A stretch of DNA of 64,000 nt from an uncultured bacterium. Lineage in GTDB: Bacteria; Verrucomicrobiota; Kiritimatiellia; CAIVKH01. Positions 56,020 to 64,000 of the stretch are shown piece by piece (position 1 is the first letter of the stretch; every line of letters starts with the position of its first letter). The position numbers and the translations under genes are program-made. Location: assembly GCA_937958885.1 (NCBI GenBank), contig CALGMT010000026.1, positions 32,468 to 96,467 of the forward strand. The letters run 5' to 3'. Below the pieces are notes generated by a model. It did not search any database. It saw nothing but the letters and a program-made list of their open reading frames with translations, and was not told the DNA's origin.

Positions 56020-56871
56020 TCACGTCTTCGCAGGCTGAAGCGCGTTCAGTCGACGGCCCAGCAGCCAGTCGTATGCGCACGTGGGGAGCAGCGCGCGCAA
56101 CAATGGCGCGACTTTTGCCGGCAATGTGACTCGGTACCGCGCGCGTGGACGCGTCGATTCCAGCGCGTGCGCAATCGCCTCTGCAACGGCATCCGGCGGA
56201 AGCGAAAAGCGATTGGCAGAGGATGCCTGCGCTGCATACAGTTCCAGATCGAATCGCGTCCCGCGCCGCAAGGTCGCCTCGCCGATCGCGCGCGCGTTGC
56301 GGTGGAATTCCGTCGTAATAGGGCCGGGCTCAACCAGCGCGACGCCGACACCGGTGCCGCGGAGTTCGATGCGCTGCGCATCGGCCAGCGCCTCGACCGC
56401 ATGTTTGGTCGCGCAGTAGGCCCCCATCATCGGGATCACGGCGCGGCCGAGCACGGAGCTGAGGTGGACCACACGGCCGGCGCCGGCATTGATCATCGCC
56501 GGTAGCACGCGATTGGTCAGGTCTTGCAGTCCAAAGACGTTCACCTCAAATTGGCGGCGTATCGCGTCACGCGAAACATCCTCCAGCGCGCCGGGCTGCC
56601 CATAGCCCGCGTTGTTCACCAGCGCACCGAGCGCGCCGCCGACGAGCGCGAGTGCGCGCGCCGCCCCGTCCTTCACCGACGCGTCATCAGCGACATCGAG
56701 GAGAAAGGACTCGAAGCCCTCGGCGGCGAGCGCCTCGACATCGGCGGCTTTTCGCGCGGTGGCCAGCACGCGCCACCCGCGCGCGCGCAGCAGCTTCGCC
56801 GCCGCGCGACCGATGCCCGTCGAACATCCGGTGATGAGGACGGAACGATTCGGAACAGGAGGTAATTTCAT
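56020..56871 (-). CDS. Short-chain dehydrogenase/reductase (SDR)
   Basis: TGCSTGIG cofactor motif; Y...K catalytic pair region. Confidence 0.85.
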   Translation of the reverse strand: MKLPPVPNRSVLITGCSTGIGRAAAKLLRARGWRVLATARKAADVEALAAEGFESFLLDVADDASVKDGAARALALVGGALGALVNNAGYGQPGALEDVSRDAIRRQFEVNVFGLQDLTNRVLPAMINAGAGRVVHLSSVLGRAVIPMMGAYCATKHAVEALADAQRIELRGTGVGVALVEPGPITTEFHRNARAIGEATLRRGTRFDLELYAAQASSANRFSLPPDAVAEAIAHALESTRPRARYRVTLPAKVAPLLRALLPTCAYDWLLGRRLNALQPAKT

Positions 56872-57053
56872 TTCTGATCAGTACGCGATGCATCCTGTGT
56901 GTGTCAAATGAGCGCCGCGCAGCACCGGCCTTGGGGCGGCGATTCTGCTGCCGATTCCGATCGCGATGGCGCTTCGGATTATGGCGGCGGCGCAAATGGT
57001 GCGCGCCGATTCGGGTTGCGAAAGAGGAGGCTGGGACGATACATCTTTGAGGA

Positions 57054-57866
57054 ATGAAACTGCGGATACTGCTTCTTTTGCTACCGCTCTTCGCGGTCGG
57101 ATGCGCAACGGTCGATCCGGTGACCGGGCGGAGGGTGAACAATCTCTATTCCATCGACGACGACATTCAGATGGGCCGCGAGGTCCTGGGCGAAGTCGTC
57201 AAAACGATGCGTGAGGGCAAGGTGCCGATCAATCGCGACGGCAAGAAGGTCGCCAAGCTGCAGGAAATGGTCAATCGAATCGCCGCCGTCTCGCATTTGC
57301 CGGACCTGCCGTACGAAATCTATTTGTTCGAGACCAACATCGTGAATGCCTTCGCCGCGCCGGGCGGCCAGATGGGCGTCTTTTCGGGGCTTTACCATCC
57401 CGAAATGGGACTGGTTCAGGACGACGACGAGCTCGCGGCGGTCATCGCGCACGAAATCGCGCACGTGACGTGCCGCCACACGACAGAGTCGCTCACGCGC
57501 GAATTGCCGGTGCGCCTCGCGTTGATCGGAGGCGCGTTGTATGCGGAAGCCCGCGGAAACGACGATCTGGCCCTCGCCCTCGGGGCGGGCTTCCTGGTGT
57601 ATGAAGGACTCATCCTGCCGCGATACTCGCGACGCGACGAGACGGAGGCCGATGCCGTTGGTTTAATGTACATGGCGAAGGCGGGCTACGACCCGCGCGC
57701 GGCGGTGCGGCTTTGGGAACGCGCGGCGGCGCGCTCGAAGGACCCCAAGCTGTTTGCGCTGTTTTCGTCGCACCCGACCGACCGCCAGCGCGCCGAGGCG
57801 CTGCGGAAATTGTTGCCGCAAGCCATGGAAGAATACGAGCGCGCGAAGGCCGTCCGCGCGCCCTGA
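57054..57866 (+). CDS. M48 family zinc metallopeptidase lipoprotein
   Basis: Lipobox LFAVGCA; HEIAHV zinc motif. Confidence 0.8.
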   Translation: MKLRILLLLLPLFAVGCATVDPVTGRRVNNLYSIDDDIQMGREVLGEVVKTMREGKVPINRDGKKVAKLQEMVNRIAAVSHLPDLPYEIYLFETNIVNAFAAPGGQMGVFSGLYHPEMGLVQDDDELAAVIAHEIAHVTCRHTTESLTRELPVRLALIGGALYAEARGNDDLALALGAGFLVYEGLILPRYSRRDETEADAVGLMYMAKAGYDPRAAVRLWERAAARSKDPKLFALFSSHPTDRQRAEALRKLLPQAMEEYERAKAVRAP

Positions 57867-57873
57867 GGGCGGC

Positions 57874-59226
57874 CTATTTCGCCAACTTGAGCAATTGATC
57901 GTAGGGATAAATCGAGGAGGAATGGCCGTCGCTCCAACTGATCGCCACCGCATAGTTTCCCATAGGGGTGATGCTGCGCGGATAGATGTTGTCAGGGACG
58001 GATGCGGGATCGAGCAACGGTCTGCCGGAAAACTCTTCGATACAATGCGCGCACCGGCAGGCGCGGCGCACGTCGGCCGGCGCGGCGATTCGTTCCTCGC
58101 CGCCCGCCAATGTCAGCACTATTCCACGCCCCGCGGAAAAGGAGACCTTGGGCCGCGCCAACCCGCCGTGCTCGATCCTCGCGACTTCGCGCACGACGGA
58201 GGAGGCGATGTCGAGATACAACTTCGCTAACCTGCCGTCAGGGTCCGCGAGCACCACGGGCGTTCCGCTGTCGCTCAAACGTGAAATCTCCGGCTCGAGC
58301 GGAATTTCGAATGAATTTTGGATGCCGAACTGGTCGATCAACTTCTGTCGGGCGCCCTGTCCGAATACATAGTACTTCTTTCCGTTGTCCGGGCAGAGGA
58401 AGTAGCTCATGTTTTCGACGACCGCGACGGTCGGCACCTTGAGTTTGTCGAACATCTGAATTCCTTTGACCACGTCGACGAAACTCAATTGCTGCGGCGT
58501 CGTGACGATGACCGCGGCGGTGATCGGGATAAGTTGCGTGAGCGTGAGTTGGATGTCGCCGGTACCCGGCGGAAAATCGATCACGAGATAGTCGAGTTCG
58601 CCCCACTCGGTTGTGGTCAGCAACTGATTGATGACCTGCGTGACCATCGGTCCGCGCATGATGGCCGCGCCGCCGCCGGGTCCGGCGGGAACGAAGCCAA
58701 ACGACATCAAGCGAATGCCCTCGAATTCAAGCGGCTGGATCAGTTCGTTCCGCATGAACAGCTCGCGATTCTTGGGCGACACCAGCGTGGGCAGGCTGGG
58801 GCCATACACATCGGCATCGAAGATGCCGATTCGTCCGCCCAGTCGCGCGAGGCTGTAGGCGAGATTCACCGCAGTCGTCGATTTCCCGACGCCTCCCTTG
58901 CAGCTCGACACGGCGATAATGTGCCGCACCTTTTCAAGTCCCGGCGCGCGCGCAAGCAGCGGATTCGCGCCCGCTTCGCGGGCGCGCGCGGACAAGGCGA
59001 CTTCGACGGCCGTGACCCAGGGCAGAGCGCGTATGGCCTCCTCGCAGCGCGTCTTGAATTGCTCCTTGATCGGGCAGGCGGGCGTGGTCAGCTCGACGGT
59101 GAACGAGACGCGTCCCGCCTCATCGTGTCGCAGATTCTTGATGAAACCGAGCGACACGATATCCTTGCCGAGGTCGGGATCGATGATGCTTCGGAGTTGA
59201 TCGAGGATTTCGGCTTCGCGGCTCAT
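57874..59226 (-). CDS. apbC: Mrp/NBP35 family Fe-S cluster carrier ATPase (ApbC) with N-terminal DUF59 and C-terminal DUF971-like extension
   Basis: CKGGVGKST deviant Walker A; CP..C and CxxC motifs; start at the internal ATG (MSREAEI...). Confidence 0.9.
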   Translation of the reverse strand: MSREAEILDQLRSIIDPDLGKDIVSLGFIKNLRHDEAGRVSFTVELTTPACPIKEQFKTRCEEAIRALPWVTAVEVALSARAREAGANPLLARAPGLEKVRHIIAVSSCKGGVGKSTTAVNLAYSLARLGGRIGIFDADVYGPSLPTLVSPKNRELFMRNELIQPLEFEGIRLMSFGFVPAGPGGGAAIMRGPMVTQVINQLLTTTEWGELDYLVIDFPPGTGDIQLTLTQLIPITAAVIVTTPQQLSFVDVVKGIQMFDKLKVPTVAVVENMSYFLCPDNGKKYYVFGQGARQKLIDQFGIQNSFEIPLEPEISRLSDSGTPVVLADPDGRLAKLYLDIASSVVREVARIEHGGLARPKVSFSAGRGIVLTLAGGEERIAAPADVRRACRCAHCIEEFSGRPLLDPASVPDNIYPRSITPMGNYAVAISWSDGHSSSIYPYDQLLKLAK

Positions 59227-59303
59227 GGGTATTCCTTTCGAGTAGTCACACAATAGCCGCGCCGCTCGCTGCTGCAAGCTCGCGCGCGCATCGGGAGGTC
59301 AAT

Positions 59304-59717
59304 ATGCCGGTCGAAATCAATGCTCGGTACGACGGAGCGCTGCGCTGCAAGCTGACGCATATGCCGTCGGGTTCAGTAATCGAAACGGACGCGCCAACGG
59401 ACAATTGCGGGCGGGGCGAGCGGTTTTCGCCGACCGACCTGGTCGCCTCGGCGCTGGCCACCTGCATATTGACGACAATCGGAATCGTGGCACAGCGCAA
59501 GGGATGGGACGTGTCCGGCATGCGCGCGCGAGTTGTGAAAGAAATGAGCGCCGAGCCGCCGCGCCGGATCGCGCGGTTGCCGGTCGAGTTGTGGATGCCG
59601 CCGTCAGTTCCGCTTGAGGCGCGTCAGCAGATTGAGAACACCGCCCGCGCGTGTCCGGTGCACAAAAGCCTTCACCCCGATATTGAGGCCCCTGTTCATA
59701 TTCACTGGGCCTCCTGA
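59304..59717 (+). CDS. OsmC/Ohr family peroxiredoxin-like protein
   Basis: OsmC family pattern with conserved Cys (ATC, ACP). Confidence 0.8.
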   Translation: MPVEINARYDGALRCKLTHMPSGSVIETDAPTDNCGRGERFSPTDLVASALATCILTTIGIVAQRKGWDVSGMRARVVKEMSAEPPRRIARLPVELWMPPSVPLEARQQIENTARACPVHKSLHPDIEAPVHIHWAS

Positions 59718-59728
59718 CGCGGACGGTA

Positions 59729-61057
59729 ATGAATCGTTTTTGGGCGAGTTATTTTGCGAGCAAGTGGCGACCCGCGCTTGTGTTCCTGATCGTACTCGCG
59801 TGTATGACGGGTGCGGCCATCTCCCGCATCCCTTTCCTCGTCATGGCCGCGAATGGATTGTTCATTCTTGCCCTCATCGCCTTGCTCGGCGTTGTCGCCG
59901 CCGCCATTTGGAATTTGCTGAAAAAGCGATGGTCCGAGGGCATCGTCAACGTGTTGATGATTGTCGCATGCGCGGTGGCGGCTTGTATGGCGTTTGCGGC
60001 GATCATGTTCGCAAGTTTGTTCGGTCCTAGCGAAGATGGATTTGCCGACGAGTTAGCCATCCCGGAAGGCCTGGAATGTGCCATTCCTGATCCAAAAGAG
60101 ACCTATTTTTGGGCAGACAGGTCTTTTATGGGAAGCGATGCATTTCAATCTGCGGTCCGAAATGCGCTCGCTGTTCCGGGCAACGGCGATCCATCCATCA
60201 CGCCCGCCATGCCTTCGCTGCGGAAAGCATCGACAGATCATGCGGCGGCCTTTCTCGACTATCTTGAAGCCTCGCCGGACTGGCACGTGTTTTTCGATCG
60301 GGGAAATCGCTTTGCTGCGCGTCGTTGGAGCTACAACGAAGAGCCTCAAGAAACATTGCATGGCTACATCTCGGAGTTCGGAGGTCCGACCATTTTTCAG
60401 ACGCGCTGCCTGCTGTGTTTGGATCGCCGGCCGTGGAGCCGATATGCGGTTCAGCATATTCAGGAAGGCGTGGATCCATCCGTACCCGAGATCAAGAAGG
60501 GGAACGATCTTTACGAGAGCAGGGTGATGATCGAGTGCGGTGGGGTGTGGGTGGAGCTCTTTGAGCAGTCCGACAATCCCGAAAGGCGCGTGACGAAGGC
60601 GACCATCAAACTATTGGAGGAAGAGTTTGCCTCATTTTTGACGGATCCAGAAGGCGCCGTCGAATCAGCGCGTTCATGGTCGATCGCATGGACTCAGCGT
60701 TTTGCCGGCGGCGATGAAGTTCCGTTTCGATTGGTGGATGGCCTGCAACCGGGCATTTACGATGTTGTCTATTTTCTGAATCCGGGCGAACCCGGAACGG
60801 TTTACTTGAAGGCGTACGAAGTCACGCGCGGCACGCCATTATCGGTGAACCGTCTAAAGGCGCGCTCTGCAACTCGAATGGCGTGGTCAACGAATGCGAC
60901 GGAGCGATTTGCGGCCAAGTCGGGATTTACGATTTATGAAGGCGATTGGGGGAAGCCTTATGCCGCGCGATTCGAGGTCTGGTTCGAACCTGATTCAGGC
61001 GCATCCGCGCGAAAGCTAGCCGAGCGTGTATACAAAATTGAGGGGTGGCAGCGGTAG
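59729..61057 (+). CDS. Hypothetical membrane-anchored protein (442 aa)
   Basis: Three N-terminal TM helices followed by a large soluble domain; noticeably lower local GC; no family recognised. Confidence 0.45.
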   Translation: MNRFWASYFASKWRPALVFLIVLACMTGAAISRIPFLVMAANGLFILALIALLGVVAAAIWNLLKKRWSEGIVNVLMIVACAVAACMAFAAIMFASLFGPSEDGFADELAIPEGLECAIPDPKETYFWADRSFMGSDAFQSAVRNALAVPGNGDPSITPAMPSLRKASTDHAAAFLDYLEASPDWHVFFDRGNRFAARRWSYNEEPQETLHGYISEFGGPTIFQTRCLLCLDRRPWSRYAVQHIQEGVDPSVPEIKKGNDLYESRVMIECGGVWVELFEQSDNPERRVTKATIKLLEEEFASFLTDPEGAVESARSWSIAWTQRFAGGDEVPFRLVDGLQPGIYDVVYFLNPGEPGTVYLKAYEVTRGTPLSVNRLKARSATRMAWSTNATERFAAKSGFTIYEGDWGKPYAARFEVWFEPDSGASARKLAERVYKIEGWQR

Positions 61058-61110
61058 GCCAACAGCCGCGCCGCGTCAAACTTTTGGATGCGAGCCGAAG
61101 AGAAGTGTAA

Positions 61111-61307
61111 TCCCCTACTTTGGAGGGATGTCCGAAGTGCGGTAGAGTCTTGGGTGACGGGAAACGGAACACGGAGTTGTTCAAATCCATCAGTTTGAAA
61201 TCGGAACGAATGCTTAAAAACCAACTCCCCCGCTTCGCGGACCCCTCCGGTGGAGGGGACCAAGAGAGTCCCCTCCTTTGGAGGGGTGCCCGAAGGGCGG
61301 GGTGGGT
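61111..61307 (+). repeat. G-rich double-hairpin element, degenerate copy (61111-61143) plus full copy 2 (61240-61307)
   Basis: Same TCCCCTCCTYYGGAGGGGTGCCCGAAGGGCGGGGTGGGT core as at 50350-50422. Confidence 0.7.
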
Positions 61308-61330
61308 CTTCGCTTCCTAATAAAAAAAGA

Positions 61331-61358
61331 AAACCGCATTAGCTGTGCGGTTTTCTTT
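61331..61358. terminator. Bidirectional rho-independent terminator between convergent genes
   Basis: AAACCGCA-TTAGCTG-TGCGGTTT stem-loop flanked by an A-run on one side and a T-run on the other. Confidence 0.6.
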
Positions 61359-61457
61359 CAACCCTCCCGTCACTCCTCGGCGTGAGAAATTCAAATCTCT
61401 ATCGATATGATGTAGTATCGATAAATAATGTCAATCAAACGTTTTCGGTTCGTCGTG

Positions 61458-61880
61458 TCACGCGAACGACAATTGAAGCGCCAGCGCCGATTTTGCCGTC
61501 CACGCTACCGTACGAATCCAGTTGGTGTGGATGAGTCGGTTGATCGTCGCGTTATCCCAGCCCTGTGCCAACTGGTGATGGAGGGGGACCTGAATAGCGA
61601 AAGTGGAAAACCAAATGACGGCGAGGAGCGCAATCTGCATTCTTTGGCCATCTTGCGAAAGAATGAGCAGGGCAATGCCGGAAAAAAGTTCGGCAAGCAT
61701 CAAGGGCAAGACAATGAAACTGATTGAGCGCGTATGATGTCGGTGGTAGTCCAGCCATGCGGACTCATGAATTCGCCTGAAGGCCGGATAAACCAGCAAT
61801 TGTACTACCCAGATCACGCCGGTCATGGCGCACGCGCTGAATTGCTGAATGTGAATCAAATGTAGCGTCGTCATTGACAA
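61458..61880 (-). CDS. Hypothetical membrane protein (4 TM, DUF1772/DoxX-like?)
   Basis: Four hydrophobic helices; the family assignment is uncertain. Confidence 0.45.
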   Translation of the reverse strand: MSMTTLHLIHIQQFSACAMTGVIWVVQLLVYPAFRRIHESAWLDYHRHHTRSISFIVLPLMLAELFSGIALLILSQDGQRMQIALLAVIWFSTFAIQVPLHHQLAQGWDNATINRLIHTNWIRTVAWTAKSALALQLSFA

Positions 61881-61974
61881 CCCGGCAAAAAGTCGTAGCG
61901 TACATCGTATCAGCCCAATAGTCTTAACTGATTTTTTTTACGTCAAATGGCGACATCTGTTGTCGGGAATTGAA

Positions 61975-62400
61975 ATGCTTACGCTGAGCAAACGAGTGGA
62001 ATATGCGCTGATGGCGATTCTGCACATGGCGGATTCGCCTTCGGGCGAGTGGTTGTCGTCGAAGGGCATCGCCGAGCGCTACTCGATTCCGTCCGAGCTG
62101 TTGGGCAAGGTGCTGCAATCTCTCGCGCGCGCTTCGATTGTCGCGTCCGCGCCGGGCGTCAACGGCGGCTATCGGTTGCAGACGCCAATCGGTCGCATCA
62201 ATCTGGGCATGGTGATCGAAGCGGTAGAGGGCCCCGTCGTTCTCGCGAATTGCCAGCAGGACCCGGACCGGTGCGATCAATTTCACGCGTGCTCGATCAA
62301 GGAGCCGATCAATCAATTGCGCACGCAATTGGTGCAGTACATCCATTCCATTTCGCTGGGGCAGTTTCGCGCGCCCCAACCGTTGGAGACATTGCGATGA
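61975..62400 (+). CDS. Rrf2 family transcriptional regulator (IscR/SufR-like)
   Basis: MLTLSKRVEYALMAILHMA winged-helix N-terminus and a cysteine cluster (C..C.....C) typical of Rrf2; directly upstream of suf genes. Confidence 0.8.
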   Translation: MLTLSKRVEYALMAILHMADSPSGEWLSSKGIAERYSIPSELLGKVLQSLARASIVASAPGVNGGYRLQTPIGRINLGMVIEAVEGPVVLANCQQDPDRCDQFHACSIKEPINQLRTQLVQYIHSISLGQFRAPQPLETLR

Positions 62401-62756
62401 GTGATCAACCGGAACAAGCATCGTCCACGCCTGCGACGCCGGAGCCTGCACTGGTTTGGACCCCCGACCAGGTACGCGAGGTCTTGCGCGGGGTCTTCGA
62501 CCCCGAGCTGCACATGAACATTGTCGATCTTGGGCTGGTTTACGACGTGCGAATTCCCGGCGAGGTTGTCGAGGTCGATATGACGCTGACGTCGCCCGGC
62601 TGTCCGTACGGACCCTATTTGATCCATCAGGTGAAAGATACATTGCAGAGCCTGAAAGGCATACGGGACGCCAAGGTCACGGTGGTATGGGAGCCGCCTT
62701 GGGGTCCGGACAAGATGACGGAAGAAGCGCGGCTGGAACTGGGATTCGATTTGTAA
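62397..62756 (+). CDS. DUF59 (MIP18/SufT-like) Fe-S assembly protein
   Basis: DPEL.MNIVDLGLVY and TSPGCP motifs of DUF59. Confidence 0.75.
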   Translation: MSDQPEQASSTPATPEPALVWTPDQVREVLRGVFDPELHMNIVDLGLVYDVRIPGEVVEVDMTLTSPGCPYGPYLIHQVKDTLQSLKGIRDAKVTVVWEPPWGPDKMTEEARLELGFDL

Positions 62757-62788
62757 TCGGATGCGAGGTTTTTCGATAGGAGCGAACC

Positions 62789-63562
62789 ATGAGTGAGCAA
62801 ACGCCATTTTTTGAAATCCGAAATTTGCATGCGAGCACGGAAGACAAGCCCATCTTGAAGGGCGTGGACCTGACGATTCAGCCCGGCGAGACGCACGCGC
62901 TGATGGGGCCGAACGGGTCCGGCAAAAGCACGCTTTCCAACGTGATCATGGGCCATCCGGCTTACGAGGTGACGGCCGGTGAAATTTTGTTCCGCGGCCA
63001 GAACATTCTCGAATTGGAACCGGACGAGCGCGCCCGACTGGGCCTCTTCCTCGCGTTCCAGTACCCGGTTGCGATCCCCGGCATCACCGTGGCGAAGTTT
63101 TTGAAGAGCGCGGCCGACGCGCGGTTCGGCCAAGGCGCGGTCAAGCCTTCGGACTTCATCAAGCGAATGCGCGAAAACCTGGCTTTCCTTGAAATGAGCG
63201 AGCAGTTCCTCAACCGGTTTCTCAATGACGGATTTTCAGGCGGCGAGAAGAAGCGGATGGAAATCCTCCAGATGCTCACGCTCAAACCGTCTCTCGCGGT
63301 GATGGACGAAACGGATTCCGGCCTCGACATCGACGCGCTGCGTATCGTTTCGAAAGGCGTGAATCGTTTAGTCGGCCCCGAGTTCGGTTTGCTGGTCATC
63401 ACGCACTACGAGCGGATTTTGAACTACATCAAGCCGGATCACCTGCACGTGTTGATCGACGGACGGATCGCGATGTCCGGCGGACCGGAGCTGGTCAAGG
63501 AAGTCGAGAAGAACGGCTACGACTGGATCCGCGAGCGATTCGGAAAGGAAGTGCTGGTCTAA
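62789..63562 (+). CDS. sufC: Fe-S cluster assembly ATPase SufC
   Basis: Walker A GPNGSGKST; FSGGEKKR signature; SufC-typical length. Confidence 0.9.
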   Translation: MSEQTPFFEIRNLHASTEDKPILKGVDLTIQPGETHALMGPNGSGKSTLSNVIMGHPAYEVTAGEILFRGQNILELEPDERARLGLFLAFQYPVAIPGITVAKFLKSAADARFGQGAVKPSDFIKRMRENLAFLEMSEQFLNRFLNDGFSGGEKKRMEILQMLTLKPSLAVMDETDSGLDIDALRIVSKGVNRLVGPEFGLLVITHYERILNYIKPDHLHVLIDGRIAMSGGPELVKEVEKNGYDWIRERFGKEVLV

Positions 63563-63587
63563 AGATACTGCACTGGAAAGGTCCACC

Positions 63588-64000
63588 ATGAACCAGACCG
63601 AAACCACCCACAAACTCGAAACGGACAGCAAGCTGGTGCGCGAGTACCAGTATGGTTTTGTCACCGACGTTGATACGGACGAGCTGCCGAAGGGGCTGAA
63701 CGAAGACATCATCCGCGCGATCTCGCAAAAGAAGAACGAACCCGTATGGATGACCGAGTGGCGCCTCAAGTCATTTCGTCGCTGGCAGACCATGCGCGAG
63801 CCGCGCTGGGCAAAGGTGACGTATCCAGAGATCGACTATCAGGACATCCGCTACTACTCGGCCCCCAAATCCGCCTCGTCCGGCGCGGCCCAAGCGGACC
63901 CGGAGCTGCTCAAGACCTTCGAGCGGCTCGGCATCCCTCTATATGAGCGCGATCGATTGGCGGGCGTCGCGGTGGACGCCGTGTTCGACAGCGTGTCCGT
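63588..64000 (+). CDS. sufB: Fe-S cluster assembly protein SufB (5' partial, runs off the window end)
   Basis: Manual translation from ATG ~63588: MNQTETTHKLETDSKLVREYQYGF...YYSAPK...DPELLKTFERLGIPL...GVAVDAVFDSVS. Open-ended, so absent from the ORF track. Confidence 0.8.
   Translation, partial: MNQTETTHKLETDSKLVREYQYGFVTDVDTDELPKGLNEDIIRAISQKKNEPVWMTEWRLKSFRRWQTMREPRWAKVTYPEIDYQDIRYYSAPKSASSGAAQADPELLKTFERLGIPLYERDRLAGVAVDAVFDSVS

Noticed and set aside
1-64000. tRNA, rRNA, transposase/integrase and toxin-antitoxin genes
   Set aside because: No T-loop (GGTTCGAATCC-like) or anticodon-arm structures were seen in any intergenic region, and no rRNA-like conserved blocks. No transposase, integrase or obvious TA pairs were found. 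The PIN domain present is fused to PhoH (PhoH2), not a VapC toxin.

Overview
High-GC (~65%) bacterial chromosomal segment. The gene content (many prepilin-type N-terminal + H-X9-DG/DUF1559 proteins, ACIII-caa3 respiration) suggests a Planctomycetes-Verrucomicrobia-type organism (inference). The window is densely coding with about 65 genes. It opens inside an alternative complex III (ACIII) operon (ActD/E/F-like) that runs through a SCO1 copper chaperone into a caa3-type cytochrome c oxidase operon (subunits II, I, III, IV) plus heme O synthase. Next come an orphan oligopeptide-type ABC substrate-binding protein with two ATPases and no permeases, then a PHB-depolymerase-family esterase and a methyltransferase. 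After these: a glycerophosphodiester phosphodiesterase, LptD, an IMPase-family gene, and a type IV pilus/T2SS-like assembly cluster (two PilB/GspE paralogs flanking PilT, PilC, and a GspG-like pseudopilin with a non-canonical N-terminus). Then a PfkB sugar kinase, zwf, rubredoxin, a nucleoside phosphorylase, thyA and folA. Downstream is a 1493-aa GH13 alpha-amylase with four CBM25-like repeats, followed by a long minus-strand array (SSF symporter, two EEP-domain membrane paralogs, a PIN-PhoH fusion, CorA, CrcB, a nucleotide-sugar dehydrogenase, ErpA). The window closes with murB, lipid A and envelope genes, Mrp/ApbC, OsmC, and an Rrf2-SufT-SufC-SufB cluster truncated at the window end. No rRNA, tRNA, CRISPR or transposase was recognised. 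The most interesting signals, all read directly from the sequence: (1) a 465-aa paralog of cytochrome oxidase subunit I that keeps recognisable COX1 sequence blocks but appears to have lost the CuB-ligating histidines, and sits in a cluster with a CxxC membrane protein, a Met/His-rich secreted protein and a prepilin-like protein; (2) a ~330-bp non-coding element present twice in inverted orientation (13.9 kb and 28.1 kb), each copy pointing into an adjacent gene start; substitutions between the copies show no codon-position bias and often preserve hairpin stems, suggesting a structured cis-regulatory RNA or repeat-element family, and the two copies bracket a 14-kb segment that includes the pilus-like cluster; (3) a dispersed 18-23 bp motif TTCCATGCTCTGTAAAAA in tandem arrays with exact 31-bp periodicity at four loci; (4) a ~113-bp homopurine hexanucleotide microsatellite; (5) a G-rich double-hairpin / G-quadruplex-prone element present at two loci.
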